Source of the DNA: Chamaesiphon sp.
GTDB lineage: Bacteria > Cyanobacteriota > Cyanobacteriia > Cyanobacteriales > Chamaesiphonaceae
DNA length: 64,000 bases
Direction of reading: 5' to 3'
Assembly: GCA_965246715.1 (NCBI GenBank)
Contig: CBDFFH010000047.1
Location: forward strand, 96,001 to 160,000
The notes under the pieces are model-generated. The model had not been told where the DNA came from. It did not search any database and worked only from the letters and a program-made list of their open reading frames with translations. This document shows positions 1 through 6,370 of this stretch, one piece after another. Every line of letters starts with the position of its first letter. The stretch's first letter is position 1. The translations under genes were made by a program, and so were the position numbers.

Positions 1-1038
1 AGGTACGCCAGTTGTATAAGAGATACCTTGCGAACCGACTTCTGCATATGCGGCGGCATGTTGACAGTTATTGTAGACGTAATATTTCCGCTCGACACCA
101 TCTTTGATCCCTTGAATGTGACAACCAATTGAGGTTTGTCCGGTGTAATTTGTCGCCAGGGATGACGGTTCGGGGAGGAGTGCTTTAAGGAACTTCAGCG
201 GGATGATTTGTTGTCCTTCATAATCGATCGGATCGATTCGCGTCATACCGATATTTTCTAATACTTTTAGGTGGGTGATATAACTCTCAGAAAATGTCAT
301 CCAAAACCGCGCGCGCTTGATGGTTGGGATGTTTTTCACCAACGATTCTAGCTCTTCATGATAGAGCAAATACGACTCGCGATCGCCGATTTCGGGATAA
401 GGAATCGGGCGATGAATCGAGAGTGCGGGGATTTCCACCCATTTACCGTTGTCAAAATATTGCCCTGGTGCGGTGATTTCACGGATATTAATTTCGGGAT
501 TGAAATTGGTAGCAAATGCTTTGCCGTGATTGCCATCGTTGCAATCGATAATATCGAGATAGTGAATTTCATCGAAATAATGTTTCAAGGCATAGGCACT
601 AAAAACGCCCGTCACGCCAGGATCGAAGCCACAGCCGAGGATTGCTGTCAATCCTGCCGCTTTAAATCGATCGTGATATTTCCACTGCCAACTATATTCA
701 AATTTTGCCTCATCCAGTGGCTCATAATTGGCAGTATCCAAATAGTGTACGCCCGTTTCCAAACACGCATCCATCAGCACTAAATCTTGATAAGGTAGTG
801 CCACGTTGATCAGAATATCGGGCTGAAATTCTTTAATCAGTTTGACGGTATTTGCCACAACATCAGCATCTAGTGAAGCTGTTGTGACTTTTGGCGAGCC
901 AATTCGCTCAGCAATACGATCACATTTATCCACGCTCCTACTTGCCAGCAAAATATCTGTAAACTCGGCTTGCGCGGCGCACTTATGTGCGACGACATTA
1001 CCGACTCCACCCGCTCCAACGATCATTACCCGTGCCAT
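1..1038 (-). CDS. Saccharopine dehydrogenase family / carboxynorspermidine dehydrogenase-like protein (runs off the window start)
   Basis: Manual translation from ATG at 1038: MARVMIVGAGGVGNVVAHKC (Rossmann GxGxxG) ... INVALPYQD ... YLDTANYE ... GCGFDPG ... FATNFNPEINIRE ... YHEELESL. Absent from the ORF track because there is no stop in the window. Confidence 0.9.
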   Translation of the reverse strand, partial: MARVMIVGAGGVGNVVAHKCAAQAEFTDILLASRSVDKCDRIAERIGSPKVTTASLDADVVANTVKLIKEFQPDILINVALPYQDLVLMDACLETGVHYLDTANYEPLDEAKFEYSWQWKYHDRFKAAGLTAILGCGFDPGVTGVFSAYALKHYFDEIHYLDIIDCNDGNHGKAFATNFNPEINIREITAPGQYFDNGKWVEIPALSIHRPIPYPEIGDRESYLLYHEELESLVKNIPTIKRARFWMTFSESYITHLKVLENIGMTRIDPIDYEGQQIIPLKFLKALLPEPSSLATNYTGQTSIGCHIQGIKDGVERKYYVYNNCQHAAAYAEVGSQGISYTTGVP

Positions 1039-1082
1039 ATGTGCCCCCTAATTAAACTAACTTGTTCGTGACCTCCCTCTGT

Positions 1083-1538
1083 TTATTCCCCTCCTAGGAG
1101 GGGTGCCCGATAGGGCGGGGTGGGTTCCGAATTTGTTGCCATATATGCCAGTAACCAGCTTGCCGCCGTTGCCCGTCTGGTTTGACGAGGGCCAAACTCA
1201 CCGATTTTATAACCTTTAAAACCAAGCTGCTCCTTGAGTAGTTGCTTCTGCTCGGCAGGGATCGATCGAGTGAGTTTGACCGTTGCCGGACGACTGGCGA
1301 TAAAATCTGGAGGTGTGGGATAAGCCTCCACCCAGTCTGGTGCAACTTCGCTCACATCCCAAGTATTCCCCACTCGATCGTATCGATAACCCAAATAGTG
1401 CCACAAGATCTGATTTACTTGCAGATCGGTTATCGATTCGTTGAGAATCGCCCAGATCGTATCGTTATCGAGTGGTGGCAGTGCCAGCCACTCCAAACTT
1501 GAGTAATCGAGAAATGTATCGGTACTATCTAAGGGCAT
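1083..1538 (-). CDS. Conserved cyanobacterial protein, DUF1823-like
   Basis: 151-aa ORF with WHYLGYRYD, PPDFIASRPATVKLTRSIP and GFKGYKIGEFGPRQTRRAT motifs. Confidence 0.75.
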   Translation of the reverse strand: MPLDSTDTFLDYSSLEWLALPPLDNDTIWAILNESITDLQVNQILWHYLGYRYDRVGNTWDVSEVAPDWVEAYPTPPDFIASRPATVKLTRSIPAEQKQLLKEQLGFKGYKIGEFGPRQTRRATAASWLLAYMATNSEPTPPYRAPLLGGE

Positions 1539-1542
1539 AAAA

Positions 1543-2592
1543 TCAGGAATTATGAATCGTAACCTGCATCAATAATAACTGAAGGTCTTGTTTTGTGGAT
1601 AATTGTTGGTAGCGGTGTTGAATTGGTTGCCAATTTTGCCAAGTGAGATAATTATCCCGAGCGATTTGGGCGTACATTTCAGGTAGCTTGGTAACGGCTC
1701 GCTTGCCCAAAATTCGCTGGATAAAATCTTCGAGAACTACACTATCTTGAATACTACCTAGTAATTGATGGATTTGTTTAAAGTCTTTGAGATAATCATT
1801 GTAGAGCGGATTGTATCGATCGGGAAATAATTCCATCAGATAGCGAGTTGCCTTCACTTGCTTGCGGAGGCCATGAAATACCGAACCGCGAGCCTTTAAT
1901 AAGTTACCAACTGCGGCTTCTGGATCGGTGGCTGCGGCTAAATCGATCCCGACCCACCAAGCTGGATTGAGAAATAGTTGACCCACAACCGACAGTAATA
2001 AATCTGGCAAGATCGACTCGATCGGGACGTTAATTACTGGCGTATATTGAGGCTCGTTCAGCCAATTATTCAGTGCCAATTTAAAATATTGATACTCGCG
2101 ATCGACCAGCATCGTCTGAGCCTTATCAACTGCTTTGCGACGGCGTTTGATGAGCTTAGAACGCACTTCTTCTAAATGCTCTCGCTCTGAATCTGGCAAG
2201 CCATCTCGATCGTCTTTACATGTTTGTTGTAGCACATCCAAATCGCGAACTTTCCCGAGAATTTTAGCAATTTTGCCGATCGGTTTATTGCCCATGACCT
2301 TGGGAATATCGATAATCGGCGCAAATGCTTGCAGGATCGATCGCAGGCGACGCAGACTCACCCGCATTTGATGTACGGCTTCGAGATCGCCAGTAGCGAG
2401 CACATCTGACTCATGCGTCAGGATCGCAATATATTGTTTTTGGATGGCTGGATAAATATAGTCAGCTAATGTCACGCGTTGGTTTAGCCTTTGCTCTGAG
2501 GCATCGATCGAGTCTGTTGGTTCTACTCGTGCGGCTGCAGCCGCACGGCTATCGTCTGCTGGTGCAGCAAAAAATACCGAATTTCCATCCAT
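1543..2592 (-). CDS. CHAD-domain (polyphosphate-binding) protein
   Basis: EAVHQMRVSLRRLRS, LGKVRDLDV, HGLRKQVKATRY and LGSIQD motifs. Confidence 0.9.
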   Translation of the reverse strand: MDGNSVFFAAPADDSRAAAAARVEPTDSIDASEQRLNQRVTLADYIYPAIQKQYIAILTHESDVLATGDLEAVHQMRVSLRRLRSILQAFAPIIDIPKVMGNKPIGKIAKILGKVRDLDVLQQTCKDDRDGLPDSEREHLEEVRSKLIKRRRKAVDKAQTMLVDREYQYFKLALNNWLNEPQYTPVINVPIESILPDLLLSVVGQLFLNPAWWVGIDLAAATDPEAAVGNLLKARGSVFHGLRKQVKATRYLMELFPDRYNPLYNDYLKDFKQIHQLLGSIQDSVVLEDFIQRILGKRAVTKLPEMYAQIARDNYLTWQNWQPIQHRYQQLSTKQDLQLLLMQVTIHNS

Positions 2593-3174
2593 GATAATTT
2601 TTCCTGAAGTATGATGAGGAGTTAATCTTCAGCGTTGGCGTAGTCTTACTAGAACGGGATCGTTTACTCCGTTAATTATCCCACTGCGATTCCACCCGAA
2701 GATGTGATACTTTTTACGCAGCTTGCTTAGCTAGCCTATTTATATATTAGCAAGAATGATGTACGAATTTAGGCTCGACCTACTAGACATGTAAGTAAAG
2801 ATTATTGTATGATTAGGGGTTAGTTAGTATTTTAGCGCTAACCAGATAAATTTCAAGTTTCAGCTACCCCGAACTTCAATATTAGCCCGTAACCAATCAG
2901 TGTTTAATCTCGCGATCGCCTCAGTCAGCCAAAATAATTTCATCGTGCTAATGCGCGGTGGAAGCGCTTTGTGGCAACTAGACAACGCCAAACGAATTGC
3001 TATCGCAGATAGTAATTGCGGCGATCGTCGCGGGATATCGAGTATTGCGACTGCGGATCTCAAACCACAGCATCTACTACCATTCCACCATTGCGGGAAA
3101 GAAACTGTTGTAACTCCATTCTGGACGTTACATAGTTGAAAAAATAACAAGAAAACATATTCACATCTTCTTGT

Positions 3175-3215
3175 AACCCCCGCTTGTCTCTCGCAGACAA
3201 CGGGGGTTGTTTGTT
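3175..3215 (+). terminator. Intrinsic terminator-like hairpin directly upstream of the HNH gene RBS (possible attenuator)
   Basis: AACCCCCG-c-TTGTCT-ctcgc-AGACAA-CGGGGGTT followed by GTTTGTT, then AGGAGG and ATG at 3231. Confidence 0.55.
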
Positions 3216-3230
3216 AGGAGGCTAAATATC

Positions 3231-3773
3231 ATGCAACCTGCCACGATCGAACATAGGTTCACCATTCCATCCGTACTAAATAACTCTGTAGTCGTATTTT
3301 CGACTAACTACTTACCCATGGCACGAATTAATATCCGTCGTGCCATCACGTTACTCATCAGTGGCAGAGCCGAACCGCTAGACCTCCAAGAAACCAAACT
3401 CGTATGGGAATTGCACTCTCCCTCAGTCACGATCGAAGTACCACACCATATCCGGTTGAAAATCTCCACCGCCGAACGGCTGTGGAAGATGCCGAGCGTC
3501 AGTCGGCGCGAACTGCTTAGGCGGGACGGACATCGGTGTCAGTACTGTGGGAGCACTAGATCGCTAACGATCGATCACGTCATTCCCCGTTCCAAGGGTG
3601 GTACCCATACCTGGGATAACGTCGCGATCGCCTGTGAAACCTGCAATCATAAGAAGGGTGACAAATACCTTAGCGACACAGCAATGTCGCTGAAAACCAA
3701 GCCAAAGGCTCCCATGCACCCGACTGTCGCCTTTGCCGAACAATTTTGGCAAAGTCAAGAACATCGCACGTAA
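3231..3773 (+). CDS. HNH endonuclease (McrA/COG1403-like, cyanobacterial type)
   Basis: RRDGHRCQYCGS..LTIDHVIPRSKGGTHTWDNVAIACETCNHKKG. Start taken at ATG 3231 after AGGAGG. Confidence 0.9.
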   Translation: MQPATIEHRFTIPSVLNNSVVVFSTNYLPMARINIRRAITLLISGRAEPLDLQETKLVWELHSPSVTIEVPHHIRLKISTAERLWKMPSVSRRELLRRDGHRCQYCGSTRSLTIDHVIPRSKGGTHTWDNVAIACETCNHKKGDKYLSDTAMSLKTKPKAPMHPTVAFAEQFWQSQEHRT

Positions 3774-3836
3774 CAGCTAGAGGGTCGTCATTACAAATGG
3801 TATTGCGGCCGTCTACCCCGTGAAGAATACTAATTA

Positions 3837-4180
3837 ACGTGAGTTCGGGTTAAGGATATTTGCTTCGTTCAAGCACCGCACTCGATTGTGTCTTGTCGCG
3901 CTAAACCCTCGGCAAAGCCGAGGAGCGCGCGCCGCAAATCGGTGCTAATAGTGCAAAGTCCGGTTGTTGCCGCGAGCGGCAAAAGCCTGCCTTCGCGGAC
4001 TAGATAATTAGTCCGCGAAGCGAAAAGTGCGGTCTTGGGGTTTCCCCAAGTAGAGCACCTTTTCAAGACAGCGACGCGCGCTCCTCGGGTTCCCCGAGGG
4101 TTTAGCGCGTCAAGACAGGCGGACTTTGCATCATGAGCCGAGACTTCAGTCTCCAGGCTATTCTTATCCCGAACTGACGT
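3837..4180. mobile_element. MITE-like element (ACGTGAGTTCGGG termini) carrying a REP doublet and four nested mini-insertions
   Basis: Termini ACGTGAGTTCGGGTTAAG / CTTATCCCGAACTGACGT. 6-bp TSD TAATTA at 3831-3836 and 4181-4186. Confidence 0.8.
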
Positions 4181-4193
4181 TAATTAAGGTATG

Positions 4194-4228
4194 AAAACAT
4201 TGGTAGGGGCAATTCATGAATTGCCCCT
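4194..4228. repeat. Left part of a REP-like palindrome (GTAGGGGCAATTCATGAATTGCCCCTAC family) split by IS110; right part at 5492-5502
   Basis: Joining 4194-4228 to 5492-5502 gives the perfect 46-bp palindrome AAAACATTGGTAGGGGCAATTCA|TGAATTGCCCCTACCAATGTTTT. Confidence 0.9.
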
Positions 4229-4239
4229 TGGATCCTAAA

Positions 4240-4445
4240 GGAAGGTCAAAGAGTAAAATCGTAAGACCGAGCATCAACAGCAAAAGGGAAAGGGAAATTC
4301 GGATTGCCCCTAGGGACACCAAGCCCGTTAAGTAGATCGAATTACCTTAACCTAAACAGTGGAACCAGTCAAAGCTGGACAGTATCAGAGGTCGTCCCAA
4401 ACGGGTAAACCTGCATTTACAAGGATAGTTTATCGCCACTAATTG
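4240..4445 (+). ncRNA. Predicted IS110 bridge RNA with target-binding and donor-binding loops (ends approximate)
   Basis: ATTGCCCCT (4303-4311) and GTAG (4332-4335) inside stem AATTCG/CGAATT match the target. ACAGTATC (4379-4386) and TACAAG (4418-4423) inside stem AAAGCT/AGTTT match the donor junction. Confidence 0.82.
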
Positions 4446-4481
4446 CTGTTGAAGCAGTCCATTAGCAGATAGGAACTGGCC

Positions 4482-5474
4482 ATGAGTAATTCAAACGAAG
4501 AGTTAGACATACTCGGTATCGACATCAGCAAAGCCAAATTTGACGTAGCCTTACTCAAAAACAACGGCAAAGACAAAATCAAAAGCAAGGTATTTGCGAA
4601 TACCCCAGAAGGGTTTGAGCAATTACAGGAGTGGCTAAACAGCCAAGGAGTAACCAAACTACATGGCTGCATGGAAGCAACTAGCATTTACGGAAATGCC
4701 CTAGCCAGATTTCTAGTTGCAGCAGGATACATCGTAAGTATCGTTAATCCATCCCGTCCAAAAGCATTTGGACGAAGTGAATTAAGTCGGACGAAAACCG
4801 ATCGTGCGGATGCAAAAGTGATTGCCAGATTTGGCGCGGCATTACGCCCAGCACCCTGGACTCCTCCAGCGATCGAAGTCGAACAACTTCAAGCTTTGGT
4901 TCATCGCTGGGATAGTTTGACTGCCATGCAGCAACAAGAGCAGAATCGACTCGAAACGGTTGACCCAATTTTAGTCGAGGCGATCGCCGCACATATTGAC
5001 TTCCTCAAGCAACAAGTTGCTGCGACTCAACAACTGATTCGCGACCATTTCGATCGATCCCCCACTCTTAAAGCTCAACGAGATTTACTGATTTCGATGC
5101 CAGGTATTGCCGCCGCTACTGCAACGGTAATACTAGCCGAAATTCGCGATGTGGCTACCTTTGACAGTGCCGACCAGCTTGCTGCTTTTGCGGGTTTGAC
5201 CCCGCATGAGTTTTCTTCTGGTTCCTCTGTTCATGGCAAACCCCGTTTGTCTAAGATCGGTAACGCTCGTTTGAGAAAGGCTCTCTATCTGCCTGCGATT
5301 GTTGCTCGTCGCGATCATCCCTTGATTCAGGTTTTTTGCGACCGTCTGTTGGCTAAAGGTAAGTCGAAAATGGCGATGATTGGTGCTGCTATGCACAAAC
5401 TTCTGCGCCAGGTCTTTGGTGTGCTGAAATCTCAACAACCTTTTGACCCGAATTTTCTTTCTCTTCTCTCTTGA
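4482..5474 (+). CDS. IS110-family recombinase/transposase (DEDD RuvC-like + Tnp20 domains)
   Basis: GIDISK (D), CMEATS (E), KTDRADA (DD), AFAGLTP..FSSGSS (catalytic Ser region), SKIGNARLRKALY. Intact 330 aa. Confidence 0.95.
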   Translation: MSNSNEELDILGIDISKAKFDVALLKNNGKDKIKSKVFANTPEGFEQLQEWLNSQGVTKLHGCMEATSIYGNALARFLVAAGYIVSIVNPSRPKAFGRSELSRTKTDRADAKVIARFGAALRPAPWTPPAIEVEQLQALVHRWDSLTAMQQQEQNRLETVDPILVEAIAAHIDFLKQQVAATQQLIRDHFDRSPTLKAQRDLLISMPGIAAATATVILAEIRDVATFDSADQLAAFAGLTPHEFSSGSSVHGKPRLSKIGNARLRKALYLPAIVARRDHPLIQVFCDRLLAKGKSKMAMIGAAMHKLLRQVFGVLKSQQPFDPNFLSLLS

Positions 5475-5796
5475 CTCTCAAGACAGTATCTACCAATGTT
5501 TTTGGCTACCCCAGACAGAGTATCCCACATTCCGATTTTATGGCTCAAGATATCGTGAGAAATTTTGAGATGGTAGCGCGACGATCGGGAAACATGCTCG
5601 ATCGCATCGTTTCTAACATCAGCTCGACTGCCAAAACAGGATGAATTTACGAAGCTTCGCGATCGAGATCGTCCCGATCTAGTTATTCCCCGACTGTATA
5701 TTCAAAAGAAGGCCAGGATCTACTCAATCGTGCATGACTTCGACTTATTGACTCGTCATTAAAAAAATAAATCGAGCCAAATCTTTCAGGAGTGCT

Positions 5797-6182
5797 ATGT
5801 CAACAGATCGACTCCAACATCGCATCAGCCATTGCTAGCTCCAGTAATACTATTCAAATCGCGATCGTCTCTGGTGCATTGACGATCGGCTCCTGACATC
5901 CTGACATTGAGATCGTACCCATATTCTCGATCGAAACTAACAGCATCGCCGATTATCTACCATCGACAAATGTTTATACAAACTCGAAAGTAAATGCCAA
6001 CAGTGGAAGATCGATTACCCCTATTAATCCAAAAACGTCTCGAAGCGGAAATCCAAAAACATCCGCCACTCTTTCCGTGGGAAACAGAATTCGATGACTA
6101 TGAGCCAACCGAGTCAGAATTTGGGCATTCTAAGCTTATTCACCCACCCACTTTGCCTGAAGGTGAAGTGAATAGTGAATAG
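5797..6182 (+). pseudogene. Probable decayed patU-like gene remnant; only the 62-aa ORF 5994-6182 is open
   Basis: PTVEDRLPLLIQKRLEAEIQKHPPLFPWETEF resembles the conserved PatU/PatU3 segment. Upstream AGGAG-ATG at 5797 is followed by early stops. Confidence 0.5.
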
Positions 6183-6370
6183 TGGCTAGTCAATAAATTC
6201 CCCTCCGAGGAGCGAAAAGTGCAGTCTTGGGGTTTCCCCAAGTGGAGCACCTTTTCAAGAGAGGGGTGTCGCTTTGCGACGGGGTGGGTAAGATCTCCGC
6301 ATCTCACTAATAATTCACTCCCCCACTCCTCTACTCTTACCCACTCGTACAGCCCACTCCTCCACACCAT

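Larger units (their letters stand above)
4229..5491 (+). mobile_element. Complete IS110-family element (IS621-like), about 1263 bp, CT core at both junctions
   Basis: CT at 4227-4228 and 5490-5491. Removing the element restores a perfect palindrome. No TIR or TSD. Long left non-coding end, short right end. Confidence 0.92.

Noticed and set aside
348..1051. ORF-track entries 348-572, 358-783 and 842-1051
   Set aside because: Shadow frames of the minus-strand dehydrogenase gene starting at 1038.
3231..3773. HNH protein as an IscB/Cas9-like RNA-guided nuclease
   Set aside because: Only about 180 aa; no RuvC segments, bridge helix or PLMP motif.
3837..4180. CRISPR array
   Set aside because: The repeats are nested or inverted palindromes without regular repeat-spacer periodicity, and there are no cas genes in the window.
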